Assembly: GCA_016839805.1 (NCBI GenBank)
Contig: JAEOTO010000008.1
Coordinates: 1 to 64,000 of the forward strand
Length of the DNA: 64,000 bases
Direction: 5' to 3'
DNA from: Candidatus Hermodarchaeota archaeon
GTDB lineage: Archaea; Asgardarchaeota; Hermodarchaeia; Hermodarchaeales; Hermodarchaeaceae
Part shown: positions 18,989-29,324 of the stretch, piece after piece
Position numbering within the stretch: position 1 is the stretch's first letter
Layout of the letters: each line of letters starts with the position of its first letter
Notes under the pieces: generated by a model
The model's database searches: none
The model's input: the letters and a program-made list of their open reading frames with translations, nothing else
What the model was told of the DNA's origin: nothing
Position numbers and translations under genes: made by a program

Positions 18989-20311
18989 ATGAAACACGTA
19001 CTTGTCCTGGGTGCTGGATTGGTCGCCCGACCTTATGTCCAGTATATGCTCGATCATAACTATCTTGTGACTGTTGCCAGCCGAACTGTAAGTAAGGCGA
19101 TGCAGTTGATTGGTGACCACCCTAATGGGGAAGCCCGAGCTTTTGATATTACACGCCAGTCTAAAGAGTTAAAGGAACTGATAAAACCGGTCAATCTTGT
19201 TGTTTCCCTTTTACCGTATACCTTCCATGTGCAGGTAGCTAGAGAATGTTTACGTTATAAAGTGGATATGGTAACAACATCATATGTTTCTGATGAAATG
19301 CGATCGTTAGATGAACAGGCTAGACGCGCTGATATCATCTTGTTGAATGAATGTGGTGTGGACCCAGGCCAAGATCATATGTCAGCGATGAAAATCATTC
19401 ATCAAGCAAAAGCTGCAGGTGGAAAAGTTGTCTCGTTCACGAGTTTCACTGGCGGATTACCAGCCCCTGATGCGAACACGAACCCTTTTGGATATAAACT
19501 CTCTTGGAGCCCACGAGGTGTGCTTCTAGCTGGACGAAACTCAGCACAATTTTTGAAAGATGGGAAGATAGTAGAAATTCCATCTGAAGAACTTTTCAAT
19601 AGCTGTCATGTTGAACAGGTACCTGAACTAGGAGATTTCGAAGGGTATCCGAATCGAGATTCGCTCCAGTATATCGATATCTATGGTTTGCGGGGAATAA
19701 AGACGATGCTACGTGGAACACTCCGGTTCCCTGGTTGGTGTAAGATTATGTATAATATGGGCCAATTAGGTCTCTTCGAGCTCGATGAACAACAATTGAG
19801 CGATCTGACTTACGCGGACTTTATGCAAAAATACCTTAATTTGCCAACGGGTACCAATTTGAAAGAACAGGTAGCCAAGCGATTAAGTCTCTCTAGCGAT
19901 GATGAAGTAATTGATCGGTACGAATGGTTGGGGCTCTTCAGTAACCATGCAATCCCCATTGATCGTGGAGCACCAATAGATGTGCTGGTTTCACTCTTTG
20001 AAGAGAAACTCCAATATTCACCTGGGGAACGTGACATGATAGTAATGCAGCATAAGTTCACAATTGAACATAAGGATAATTCCCAAGAACATGTAAGCTC
20101 AACCCTCATTGATTATGGCATTCCGAACCGTGATAGCTCCATGAGTCGTACTGTCGCTCTGCCAGCTGCTATCGCCTCACATCTTATCCTAACCGGTGAG
20201 GTCCAATTAAAAGGCGTGCAGATTCCCATTGTGCCAGAACTTTATGAGCCTGTCCTCGAGGAACTCGTGTCTTTAGGTATTCAATTCAAAGAAGAATCCA
20301 CAAGAACCTAG
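18989..20311 (+). CDS. Saccharopine dehydrogenase (glutamate-forming, Lys9/AASS-SDH type)
   Basis: VLGAGLVA, SLLPY, NECGVDPG.DHM, GGLPAP, YKLSWSPRGVL, YPNRDS, RGTLR, SMSRTV. Confidence 0.93.
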   Translation: MKHVLVLGAGLVARPYVQYMLDHNYLVTVASRTVSKAMQLIGDHPNGEARAFDITRQSKELKELIKPVNLVVSLLPYTFHVQVARECLRYKVDMVTTSYVSDEMRSLDEQARRADIILLNECGVDPGQDHMSAMKIIHQAKAAGGKVVSFTSFTGGLPAPDANTNPFGYKLSWSPRGVLLAGRNSAQFLKDGKIVEIPSEELFNSCHVEQVPELGDFEGYPNRDSLQYIDIYGLRGIKTMLRGTLRFPGWCKIMYNMGQLGLFELDEQQLSDLTYADFMQKYLNLPTGTNLKEQVAKRLSLSSDDEVIDRYEWLGLFSNHAIPIDRGAPIDVLVSLFEEKLQYSPGERDMIVMQHKFTIEHKDNSQEHVSSTLIDYGIPNRDSSMSRTVALPAAIASHLILTGEVQLKGVQIPIVPELYEPVLEELVSLGIQFKEESTRT

Positions 20312-20390
20312 ATAAGCACGCCCAGCATCAAGAACCTTTTTGTAGCTCGCAGCACCTTGCTAGATAGCGGGTAATGAGAGGTGCCAATTC

Positions 20391-21359
20391 ATGGAACGGA
20401 AGACTCTCCTCGTCGTGATATTTGTCATGGCGTTTGTCATCATGTTAGATGTCATCTGGGCTATACTCAACTACATTTTTCCGCTTTTAATTTACGGATG
20501 GATTGACATTTCTCCAATTATCGCGGGCAGTGGTGTCACTGACTGGATCGTCCTCTTTTATCTAATTCCTATATTGGCGATTCCGTTCTATTTACTAATG
20601 GCAATCATTACTCCTCGGTGGCTCGTATTACCCTTAAACCGACTCCTCAACCCAGGAAGCGAAGTCTACTATTATGGCGTTGATACGAAAAAACCATCTC
20701 CCCTCTACACTGTCTTTCGGAGAGCTATTTTCGCGTTGCTCCTAACCTTTGGTCTATCACTTACAGTAGCAACAACCATTGGTCAATATTTCATCATCTG
20801 GAACCCTACGCTTCCATTATCAATTAATGTATGGAACACAGCAGCGGTCATTTTCCCACTGGTCTTTTTTGCCCTTGGAGTCATTCTGCCCTCATCATGG
20901 CTGATAGATGACACCAAGATTCTGTTTCACAGCCAGCCACCCAGTGGTTCTCAAGAACTTTTCAGCGCAGGACGCGTACTAACCTATCTGTTAGCGGGAT
21001 ACGCAGGAATCTCGGTTCTCATCTTCTATGGGTATATCATCATCTATATCGGTATTATCTATGCTACAGCTGTCATTACGCCACCCTGGCCATGGGTCCC
21101 TCCAAGCTTTGTAGTGTTAATCACCCTCCTGAATCCCTTCATTTTCATCTATATGCCACTAATAATGCTCCTAGCATATGACCACTTTCTTCCCCAACTC
21201 AAAAAACATCTCGAATCCTACATGGACTCACGAGGAACACAACAACTCTCAACCATGTGCATCGTAGATGTAGATATTTCCGACTTTCTTGGATCTGACA
21301 AACCTAGCGAATCAACAGATTCTAGTGAAGCCCAAACAAGTATGAATGACGAAGAATAA
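20391..21359 (+). CDS. Hypothetical polytopic membrane protein with acidic tail
   Basis: 6-7 hydrophobic segments; long ORF co-oriented with neighbours. Confidence 0.75.
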   Translation: MERKTLLVVIFVMAFVIMLDVIWAILNYIFPLLIYGWIDISPIIAGSGVTDWIVLFYLIPILAIPFYLLMAIITPRWLVLPLNRLLNPGSEVYYYGVDTKKPSPLYTVFRRAIFALLLTFGLSLTVATTIGQYFIIWNPTLPLSINVWNTAAVIFPLVFFALGVILPSSWLIDDTKILFHSQPPSGSQELFSAGRVLTYLLAGYAGISVLIFYGYIIIYIGIIYATAVITPPWPWVPPSFVVLITLLNPFIFIYMPLIMLLAYDHFLPQLKKHLESYMDSRGTQQLSTMCIVDVDISDFLGSDKPSESTDSSEAQTSMNDEE

Positions 21360-21412
21360 CCAACCCTATTCGTCCGACAAAGCAATATGCACCCTCAACT
21401 CTTGTACCCCCT

Positions 21413-22006
21413 ATGGATCCTGTTCGTCTCTCCCAACAAATAGAATTCATTGCGGAAATTGACAAGCTTAAACGCGTAATCCGCGAATCCTGGCTAGTAG
21501 ATGCAAGTCGTAAAGAAACAGACGCCGAACACTCCTGGCATATCACCGTCATGGCACTCCTACTTCAGGAATATGCCAATGAAACTGATGTTGACATTCT
21601 AAAAGTCATGAAAATGCTCCTCATCCATGATATTGTCGAAATTGACGCCGGTGACACATTCATTTACGATAAAGAACACGCCCAGGACCAAAACGAACGT
21701 GAGACCAGGGCTGCGAACCGAATTTTTGGGTTATTACCTGCAGATCAACAAGCGGAATTCTTTGCCCTGTGGGAGGAGTTCGAAAATGTTAAAACCCCAG
21801 AGGCTAGGTTTGCTCGAACTATCGATTCGATGCAACCCCTTCTCCTCGCTTATCTCAATGAAGGAATGTCCTGGAAAATTCATAATATCATTCGATCTCA
21901 AGTCATTGACATGAAAAAACACATGGGAAATGGATCCAGCGTTCTTTGGGAATATACCCTAGAACTCCTTGAGGATGCCATTAAGAAAGGTATCCTTAAA
22001 GATTGA
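21413..22006 (+). CDS. HD domain phosphohydrolase (YfbR/HDDC2-like)
   Basis: ETDAEHSW, LLIHDIVEIDAGD, LWEEFE motifs. Confidence 0.92.
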   Translation: MDPVRLSQQIEFIAEIDKLKRVIRESWLVDASRKETDAEHSWHITVMALLLQEYANETDVDILKVMKMLLIHDIVEIDAGDTFIYDKEHAQDQNERETRAANRIFGLLPADQQAEFFALWEEFENVKTPEARFARTIDSMQPLLLAYLNEGMSWKIHNIIRSQVIDMKKHMGNGSSVLWEYTLELLEDAIKKGILKD

Positions 22007-22088
22007 TATCCGGGTCATCCATCAATCTTCAGTACGTCAATGTTTTGCATCCGAAACATTCAAACAATCCAAGAGTGACCCCTTACAC

Positions 22089-23042
22089 ATGAAGCTTGGA
22101 GAAATCTATCGAATGATAGTCGACATGGGGATTAAGGCAGATCCCCGCGGCGAAAAGAAAGTCAAGAAGGTACTTGAATCTTCGAAAAAAAAGTATGAAA
22201 AAATGGAAGGCAAAAAGAAAGAGCTAGCAGATAAGGATATCATCTGGAATCCTTACACGGACTGTCGGCTTTTATACGGCGATCCTGACCATGACATCAA
22301 AAGTGTTCTCGCTGGTATAGACATAACTCCTGGTGAAATTGTCCTCGCAGATCGGCTGGGTGACAAAGGTAAGAAAATTAACCTCGTTTTAGCTCACCAT
22401 CCACATGGCATTGGCACCTCACGTTTAGACTTCGTGATGCGCCTTCAACCCGAACATTGGGCACAGGTGGGTGTACCTATTGCACAAGCCGAGTCAGCCA
22501 TGGCAAAACGCCTCAAAGAAGTCCATTGGGCAACCAAAGCACGAAACCACACTCAAACCATCGATGCCGCACGGCTCCTGGACATGCCTTTTATGTGTGC
22601 ACACACCCCTGCGGACTCACTCGGTTATCAGTTCCTCACGAACTTCCTCAAAGAGAAGGACCCGCTCACCCTCGGTGATTTGGTCGATACGCTTCTAGAA
22701 ATTCCTGAATACCAAGAAGCCGAAAAAGTCGGTGCAGGACCCGAAATCCTGATAGGAAACACTGAAGGAAGCGTTGGCGATAAATTCGTATTCTTCACTG
22801 GGGGAACCAGCCCCGGACCGGAATCCATTCCCAAACTTGCCCGAGCAGGTGTCAGCACCGTCGTAACCATGCACTGGACCGACAAGCTCAAAGAAGCCAC
22901 TGAAAAAGAAGGAATTTACGTCGTGATTGCAGGACATGATAGCTCCGATTCCATCGGCATGAACTTGATTCTCGATGAGCTCGAAAAGAAAGGCATCACA
23001 CCTTACGCCTGCTCAGGTTTCTTCCGATACAAGCGAAGTTAA
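22089..23042 (+). CDS. NIF3 (NGG1p-interacting factor 3)-like metal-binding protein
   Basis: GIKADPRG, NPYTD, AHHP, HTPAD, IAGH.SSDSIGMN; start at MKLGEIY. Confidence 0.85.
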   Translation: MKLGEIYRMIVDMGIKADPRGEKKVKKVLESSKKKYEKMEGKKKELADKDIIWNPYTDCRLLYGDPDHDIKSVLAGIDITPGEIVLADRLGDKGKKINLVLAHHPHGIGTSRLDFVMRLQPEHWAQVGVPIAQAESAMAKRLKEVHWATKARNHTQTIDAARLLDMPFMCAHTPADSLGYQFLTNFLKEKDPLTLGDLVDTLLEIPEYQEAEKVGAGPEILIGNTEGSVGDKFVFFTGGTSPGPESIPKLARAGVSTVVTMHWTDKLKEATEKEGIYVVIAGHDSSDSIGMNLILDELEKKGITPYACSGFFRYKRS

Positions 23043-23098
23043 CGTGATTACTCAACCTTACTCCTGTGCTCCGGAGCTTGCGACAAAATAGGTGGGAA

Positions 23099-23126
23099 GC
23101 CGGTTGAAAAAAAGTGTTCAACCGGC
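23099..23126. terminator. Perfect 10-bp inverted repeat between convergent genes
   Basis: GCCGGTTGAA-aaaaagtg-TTCAACCGGC between the NIF3-like and MFS stops. Confidence 0.6.
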
Positions 23127-23147
23127 AATACATATCGTCATTTGCAG

Positions 23148-24386
23148 TTACTTTTCTTCGTCGATGGTTTCGAGTTCCTTGCCCTTCGTTTCATAGGGTT
23201 TCGTAAGAAATGAGATAAGCGGGAATATCATGAATACTCCGCCAATAACCCAGAACGCCATCCAATTCCCAGGTAAGGCCAGGAATACCAATACAGCGAT
23301 CATTGGAGCAAGTACGTATCCGAGACGGGATGCCGTTACCGCAATACCCACACTCGATGAACGAACCTTGGTTGGAAAAATTTCAGTCACATAGACATAG
23401 ATCCAAGCTAGAACCATTGCCATGAAGAAGTAGATGCCCCAGAAGAATGCGGGTAATCCTGATAGTCCTAAACCTACAAAGGAAATTATCGAGCCGAATG
23501 TTCCGATGATTAAGGTAATGTTTCGACCCACCCTTTCTAGGAGGACTCCGGATACGATTGCGCTAATTGGTAGCATTAATCCTCCGATTATCAGAATGGT
23601 GTTCCACTGTGCAGCGTAAGGAGAAGAGGTGAAGAATATTCCAGACCAGGTTGTGCCCAGTTTGAAGGATATGGTCCAGGCTAGATATACTAGTGATGCG
23701 ATACCGACGTATAACGCATCTCTTCTTCCCAATGATTTGATTGCTTCAATGATTCCGAGTCGTTTCTGTGCCCGCCCCTCTTGAACATCGGTCCAGCGTT
23801 TGGTTTCTTTCATGAAGACTAGGAGAACGAGGATAACGATTAGGAAGATTGCCATGATGCCGTATCCCCATCGCCAGCCTAGTAGGCTCATGACCCTAGG
23901 ACCTAGAAGTGCATAGAGTGGGATAACGCTGATTAGAAAGGCAAGGCTTCCATACAGGCCACGCCGTTTCGCGGGTGATTCTTCGGTGATTGGTACTTCC
24001 CAGAGATTTGATGTTGTTCCCATGATAAGTAACGAGTATAATAGCATGAACATATACCAGCTAAGTGAACCGACTGTCATTGGATAGGGAATTAAGATGA
24101 TGAGTCCTGCAGGGATACCCATTACTAGTGTTAGTGCTAAGATGCCTTTTCGACGTCCGAATGCGTCTGAGAAATAGCCAATGAAGAAGACTAGAAAGAC
24201 GACTATTCCAAAGACGCCTTGCCAAAATCCGAAGAGCCATTGAGTTGTTATGTCGAGACCTGCCTCAGCGAATATGAGTGGTGCTGCGGGTGTTTCGATG
24301 AGTGAGAGCCAGACATCCATTTGTCCGACGAGACCCATGAAAATGACGAGGAAGGCTAAATAGCCACGTGAACGTTTTTCTGCCAT
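23148..24386 (-). CDS. MFS transporter
   Basis: SDAFGRRK and ERVGRN loop motifs, EIFPTKVRS, PETKGKELE-like end; ~12 TM. Confidence 0.92.
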   Translation of the reverse strand: MAEKRSRGYLAFLVIFMGLVGQMDVWLSLIETPAAPLIFAEAGLDITTQWLFGFWQGVFGIVVFLVFFIGYFSDAFGRRKGILALTLVMGIPAGLIILIPYPMTVGSLSWYMFMLLYSLLIMGTTSNLWEVPITEESPAKRRGLYGSLAFLISVIPLYALLGPRVMSLLGWRWGYGIMAIFLIVILVLLVFMKETKRWTDVQEGRAQKRLGIIEAIKSLGRRDALYVGIASLVYLAWTISFKLGTTWSGIFFTSSPYAAQWNTILIIGGLMLPISAIVSGVLLERVGRNITLIIGTFGSIISFVGLGLSGLPAFFWGIYFFMAMVLAWIYVYVTEIFPTKVRSSSVGIAVTASRLGYVLAPMIAVLVFLALPGNWMAFWVIGGVFMIFPLISFLTKPYETKGKELETIDEEK

Positions 24387-24424
24387 TGTTGGTCCCTCGT
24401 AAACCCCTCTTTAGCAAGGTCTTG

Positions 24425-24433
24425 TTATATAAA
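24425..24433 (-). promoter_or_regulatory. Archaeal TATA box of MFS gene
   Basis: TTTATATAA on minus strand ~40 nt upstream of the start. Confidence 0.45.
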
Positions 24434-24608
24434 CACGATATATTGGCACTCTTTCAACATATTCATCATAGAATGACCGCGTGGAGAGATGAGAGCATGT
24501 TCCATTTTCTAGAATAGTGTCCCCCCCCCAGGTGTTCTAATCCTTAGGATATTATCCGACGATATCCTATACAGAACTAGATCCACTCTGTATTGGAAGT
24601 AATAGGTA

Positions 24609-25085
24609 ATGGAAACTAAAACAAAACTGATTGCCACACTTACATTGGTTGCTGTAGTTTCCGCAAGCCTCATAACAGCAGGAATCATCACCTATGTTAA
24701 TTCCCCCGGTCTAACTTTGACTGGCAGTTTATACTTCAACGATTCGGGAGAACACCACGGCGGCTTTGAAGCTGCCATGCAATGGAACGTTACATTATCC
24801 GTGAAAGTCGGTTATGGATTATTAATTGTTACACCAGAACCAGGTTATATGAACAATGAACGATTGCAAAAATGGAGTTATAGCATAAGTGGTTTTCAAA
24901 TCACTGAGGAGCGTATTGTAATGGCAATTGATGGTCATCAAGTTGTCCTAGAGTTTGTTGAAAATGACACGATATGGAATACGTATGATAACCATTACAT
25001 TAGTGCCACTCCCGCTATTTCACCAACTATCTTTCCAGGATTCATCAGTCATTTCTATGTTGAATTGCGTTTGTCTGGAAATTAA
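24609..25085 (+). CDS. Membrane-anchored hypothetical protein
   Basis: N-terminal TM/signal then beta-rich domain with N-x-S/T sequons. Confidence 0.7.
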   Translation: METKTKLIATLTLVAVVSASLITAGIITYVNSPGLTLTGSLYFNDSGEHHGGFEAAMQWNVTLSVKVGYGLLIVTPEPGYMNNERLQKWSYSISGFQITEERIVMAIDGHQVVLEFVENDTIWNTYDNHYISATPAISPTIFPGFISHFYVELRLSGN

Positions 25086-25135
25086 TGGTATTAACTGCAC
25101 CTACGAATGAGGTATGGAAAATATCAGTGGATTTT

Positions 25136-25696
25136 CTACCAAGGTATTGTGCTACCGAACCAACCAAATGTGAAGGCCCAAACAACTTGTATTCCAATGA
25201 AGAAGTTGATTACGGCTATTGCTGAACCTAAAGTAATCTCATGGAGACGATTCAACGCAATAACATACAAGTAACCTGCCCATAGTCCAGATATTAACCC
25301 AAAATAAGGAATCCAGCCAAAAACTAACGTAGGAGCAACGGCATAGGTCCCCACCTTAAATGAGTTAAGAAGGGATCCTGAGCCTCGAAGGAGCTTTGCG
25401 ATTATATGATATATGAGTCCAATGAGCGGAAATTTGAGGACATTTAAGAGGTAAGTGAGAACTCCAACCCAGAGGTAACGGGAGATTCCGGTGGCGGCTT
25501 CAAAGAGGGGCGCATACACGTAAGCTCCCATTTGCGCGTTGGTCCCCGAATGAATGATATTCGCTGGAAAACCAAACCAGCAGACGAAGGGAGTCAAAAT
25601 AGCTGGAATTACATTGAGGAGTAAAAACCAACGCAGAATGGACCAATAACCACTAATCTCCCCTTCAGCATCAAAAGTTTGTTTGGGTCGAGCCAT
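25136..25696 (-). CDS. Yip1 domain membrane protein
   Basis: HIIAKLLRGSGS...FKVGTYAVAPTLVFGWIP...YLYVIAL..LH pattern; ~5 TM. Confidence 0.8.
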   Translation of the reverse strand: MARPKQTFDAEGEISGYWSILRWFLLLNVIPAILTPFVCWFGFPANIIHSGTNAQMGAYVYAPLFEAATGISRYLWVGVLTYLLNVLKFPLIGLIYHIIAKLLRGSGSLLNSFKVGTYAVAPTLVFGWIPYFGLISGLWAGYLYVIALNRLHEITLGSAIAVINFFIGIQVVWAFTFGWFGSTIPW

Positions 25697-25826
25697 GACA
25701 TCCCATGCTTTTTCAAATCAGTAACAAGATACATCGTCCCATTCACCAATTCTATCTCGGTCAGGTAAAATATGAAGGCACCCTTTGAGGCATTTTAAGA
25801 ATTTGACAAAAGATCGCTAGTCCCTT

Positions 25827-26414
25827 TCATTGCTTCAGTTTATTAAAACAAGTTTCACAGTATTTGGCTGGCTTTTGATCTGTATCAGCAAGGGTATTTG
25901 AAAATCGCATGACGCAGTAATTTTCGCAATGCCCGAGTCCAAGTACATGTCCGAGCTCGTGTACCGCCTCGATTACGATACGCTGAAAATATAATGCATC
26001 ATTGGAGGGAAGTTGGTAGAAGCTGGGGCGGAGTCGTGGAAGTGCCACAAGGGCATTCCCGCCAAGTTGGGCAAGTCCGAAGATAAAATTTAGCCGTGGA
26101 ACAAAAAGATCTGAATTCACCAAGGCTAGACCATGTAGATTGGGTGGCACATGGTCATCAAGGACTTTGAGAAATAAGCCTGCTAAATATTGACGTCGCT
26201 GTGAATCATAGCCTTCTTCAGGCATTGGCAGCAAATCTGCATGTACGCTTACTGGAGCGAAAAGGGACGAATACTGGTCATCCAAGGACTTCTTGAGTCC
26301 GACCAAGAGCTTTCGGGGTGTGTTTATAAAACCAAAGATACGGAGTCCAACCACTGAGTTCACCAGCAAAGGTAGACAGGACTTCCCTGCTTTTGCAAAG
26401 TAATTTAGTCTCAT
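25827..26414 (-). CDS. Archaemetzincin (peptidase M54)
   Basis: LNFIFGLA, HELGHVLGLGHC..CVMRFSN...C..C. Confidence 0.93.
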   Translation of the reverse strand: MRLNYFAKAGKSCLPLLVNSVVGLRIFGFINTPRKLLVGLKKSLDDQYSSLFAPVSVHADLLPMPEEGYDSQRRQYLAGLFLKVLDDHVPPNLHGLALVNSDLFVPRLNFIFGLAQLGGNALVALPRLRPSFYQLPSNDALYFQRIVIEAVHELGHVLGLGHCENYCVMRFSNTLADTDQKPAKYCETCFNKLKQ

Positions 26415-26440
26415 AATGTCGATTGTAAATATATTGTAGG

Positions 26441-26785
26441 TTAGCAGGTGAGATGGAGCGCAGATACCACATTTCGACTAGCTTGCATCATAGAATTGAA
26501 GAGCGAACACGCTGTTTGTGTCTTCTTAGCAATAAGTTGAATATGGTGTTTATCTAATTGCCGTCGGGTCTCTTCAGGTATTCGAAGCGCTCCAGTATAC
26601 CCAGTACCGACAATGAGCACTTCTGGCTGCGCTGCTAACACGCATTTAAGATCTTCTATGACTAGTTCATGCCCTTTTTGTCGCCACCATTGGTCACGGA
26701 CTCGGTCAGGAAAGACTAAGATATCAGTGTGATACGTCTCCCCGTCAATGACAATTTTACCAAACTCATACTCCTCAATTAACAT
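26441..26785 (-). CDS. Mth938-like domain protein
   Basis: YEFGKIVIDG, LIVGTG, ALHLTC end. Confidence 0.93.
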   Translation of the reverse strand: MLIEEYEFGKIVIDGETYHTDILVFPDRVRDQWWRQKGHELVIEDLKCVLAAQPEVLIVGTGYTGALRIPEETRRQLDKHHIQLIAKKTQTACSLFNSMMQASRNVVSALHLTC

Positions 26786-26896
26786 AGTAGCTTTGATCCT
26801 CGACCTATCTTTACTGAAATAACTATACTGAATCGGGTAAAAAAGTCATTATGATTTCGAAGCAATTTAGTGGTGAGTAATGAGTTCTTGAACTAT

Positions 26897-27373
26897 TTAC
26901 AGTTGAGCACCACATCTCCAGCAGAATCGATCTTCACCGGTAGTGTTAGCTCCACAACTGGGGCAACGTGATACTGGTAGAGTTGTTGGCATTCTTACTG
27001 GTTCATAGCCACGATACTCAGATGGCGAAGGGATGATGGCTCCGGCTATCAGTGCTAGGATTCCGGGAACCGTGCCAAGGAAGAGCATTGCGATGATTCC
27101 GGATGCAATTAACCCAGCTTTGTGTTCACTGGGGTTATGTCGCCAATTAAACCATAATATGGATACAATCAGTCCAATGAACCCCCACACGCCGAATAGA
27201 AGTAAGGGGAGAAATATCCACCATCCCATGATCATCCAAAGGTAAGGATCATACATTAATGGCAAAAACAATAGGGATAGGAATACCCCGAGAATGATGA
27301 ATATTACGCTGATAATGATTTGAATAATTGCGGCAACTAAGGTTAGTGTTGAGGCTGTTTGTTGATCACCCAT
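26897..27373 (-). CDS. Membrane protein with C-terminal zinc ribbon
   Basis: 3-4 TM then CPSCG...FCWRCG. Confidence 0.85.
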   Translation of the reverse strand: MGDQQTASTLTLVAAIIQIIISVIFIILGVFLSLLFLPLMYDPYLWMIMGWWIFLPLLLFGVWGFIGLIVSILWFNWRHNPSEHKAGLIASGIIAMLFLGTVPGILALIAGAIIPSPSEYRGYEPVRMPTTLPVSRCPSCGANTTGEDRFCWRCGAQL

Positions 27374-27596
27374 TCACAACATATCTCCGACTAAGTATTG
27401 CTAAGTATTTTACAAAATTCACCCTTTTTAGTTATTGGAATTAGGACTCGATATTATATCGTTTAATTCAAGGAGAAATTAATAGTAGCCACCCCAAGTA
27501 TGCTTAAAGATTTTAAGGATTACAGCTGTATCCGATGGCTGAAAGCATCAAATGAGCATCCTGATTCCAACTTAACCACATTTTTAATTTTGCGCA

Positions 27597-28160
27597 TTAG
27601 GTACGAGTCTTTTTAGCCAGTTTTTTGGTCCAGGTTCGGATGGCAGTCCAGTCTCGGGTATCATAGGTACCATTCTTCTTTTCAAAACCAGCTTCTTCAA
27701 ATTTTCTCCAAAGCTGTCCCACAGTCTTTTTTGTCATCCAACCCATATCATCATAGGGGAAAACCCCACCAAAAATTGCCATATCGATGGGATTCAAAGA
27801 ATATTTTTCCGCTTTTTCTACAAGGTATTTCTTCCACATTTCCTCCATCTCCTCCGTATTCCCCTCATACTCAAATATGGCTCTTATGGCTGAAGAAATA
27901 AAGATCGCAACGTTCTTCTTGACCAACTCATGTTTAAACTGTTTCAGAAAATTTTCCGGCTCTTTGGTCCACTTACCAATCTTCATACCGCTCCCAACGA
28001 TAATCAGTTCGTACTCAGAGATGGCATTCACTTTCTCTTTCTTGGCATTCACAACATTAACGTCAAAACCTTCATCGCGAAGAACTTTCGCTATCTCCTC
28101 AGAGGTTCCCGCCGTAGCCCCATACCGAGTCCCATACACAATCAATGCTTTCATTTTCAT
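27597..28160 (-). CDS. Flavodoxin domain protein (HemG-like)
   Basis: IVYGTRYGAT, IIVGSG, DTRDWTAIRTW. Confidence 0.88.
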   Translation of the reverse strand: MKMKALIVYGTRYGATAGTSEEIAKVLRDEGFDVNVVNAKKEKVNAISEYELIIVGSGMKIGKWTKEPENFLKQFKHELVKKNVAIFISSAIRAIFEYEGNTEEMEEMWKKYLVEKAEKYSLNPIDMAIFGGVFPYDDMGWMTKKTVGQLWRKFEEAGFEKKNGTYDTRDWTAIRTWTKKLAKKTRT

Positions 28161-28324
28161 GTTCCATTCCTGAGAGGTATCCCTTACCGTTCATTTCTTT
28201 GTTAGTTCTAAGAGACGCACTAGTAGATTTCATACACACCCTTGGAGAAATCACACTTCAGAACTACTTACAAGGTAAAACCTATACTGCATATAAAGTC
28301 AATTGAAAAACTACATGAAGCGAG

Positions 28325-29308
28325 CTAGCCCATATTCGAGAGCTTCTGAATAAACGCCCAATCTTCATCAGTGAGTCGCTGAAAATCGGCAATGAGATCG
28401 TCCCGTCGTTTCGGACGGAACAAATGTCGGAACCGACCCTGGAGTTCTAACCACTCTTCGACTGGTTTTTTCTTCTCCGGTTTCAAGGCGAAGACTCGAC
28501 TTGGTGCTGATAAAATATATTTTCGTGTTTCGCCTTCATATTCCCATAAGGGGTGGAAACAGGTTTCTACCGCAAGTTTTGCCATTTGCATCCCTTGTTC
28601 TTCAGGATAGCGCCAATTTCGATGGCAGGGTGATAATACGTGAATCACTGCAGGACCTTCAACCTCCATGCCCTTACGGACCTTTTTCATGAAGTCCCTC
28701 CAATGATACACCGATGCCGTCGCACAATAAGCTGGATCATGAGCAGCATAGACTAATGCGATAGGTTTCTTCCACAATAACTTCCCAGGTTCCTTTTTGC
28801 CCACCTCACTCGTTGTCGTCCATGCATATTTGGGCGTCGCACCAGACCGTTGGATTCCAGTGTTTTGGTAGGCATGGTTGTCATAGATGATGTAGAGGAA
28901 GTTGTGTCGGCGTTCGATGGCGCCGCTGGCGGCTTGGACGCCGATATCGAATCCGCTACCATCGCCGCTGAAGACGAGGAGGTCAGGGATATCGTCTTCG
29001 AGGCCTTGGCGTTTGCGGGCTTTGTAGGCGGCTTCGATACCGCTGGCGTTAGCGGGAGCGTTTTCGAAGAGGCTGTGCATCCAGGGGACACGCCAGGCGG
29101 TGTAGGGGTAGATAGTGGAGGCGACTTCAAGGCAGCCCGTTGCTTGGCTGACGATGGTATTTTTGGGCCGGGGGAGGGCGTGCATGGCCATACGGGCCAT
29201 GGAGCCGGCTGGGCAGCCTGCACAGAGACGCTGACCGCTGGTGAAGAGTTCTTCTTGGTTGGCGATGTCCTTAAGTCGGGGTCGCCATTGGGGAGTTTCT
29301 TGGGTCAT
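28325..29308 (-). CDS. porB: Pyruvate/2-oxoacid:ferredoxin oxidoreductase beta subunit
   Basis: LCAGCP, ATGCLEV, GDGSGFDIG TPP motif, YQNTGIQRS, LSPC. Confidence 0.95.
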   Translation of the reverse strand: MTQETPQWRPRLKDIANQEELFTSGQRLCAGCPAGSMARMAMHALPRPKNTIVSQATGCLEVASTIYPYTAWRVPWMHSLFENAPANASGIEAAYKARKRQGLEDDIPDLLVFSGDGSGFDIGVQAASGAIERRHNFLYIIYDNHAYQNTGIQRSGATPKYAWTTTSEVGKKEPGKLLWKKPIALVYAAHDPAYCATASVYHWRDFMKKVRKGMEVEGPAVIHVLSPCHRNWRYPEEQGMQMAKLAVETCFHPLWEYEGETRKYILSAPSRVFALKPEKKKPVEEWLELQGRFRHLFRPKRRDDLIADFQRLTDEDWAFIQKLSNMG

Positions 29309-29324
29309 CTTTTTTCCTCCGGGG

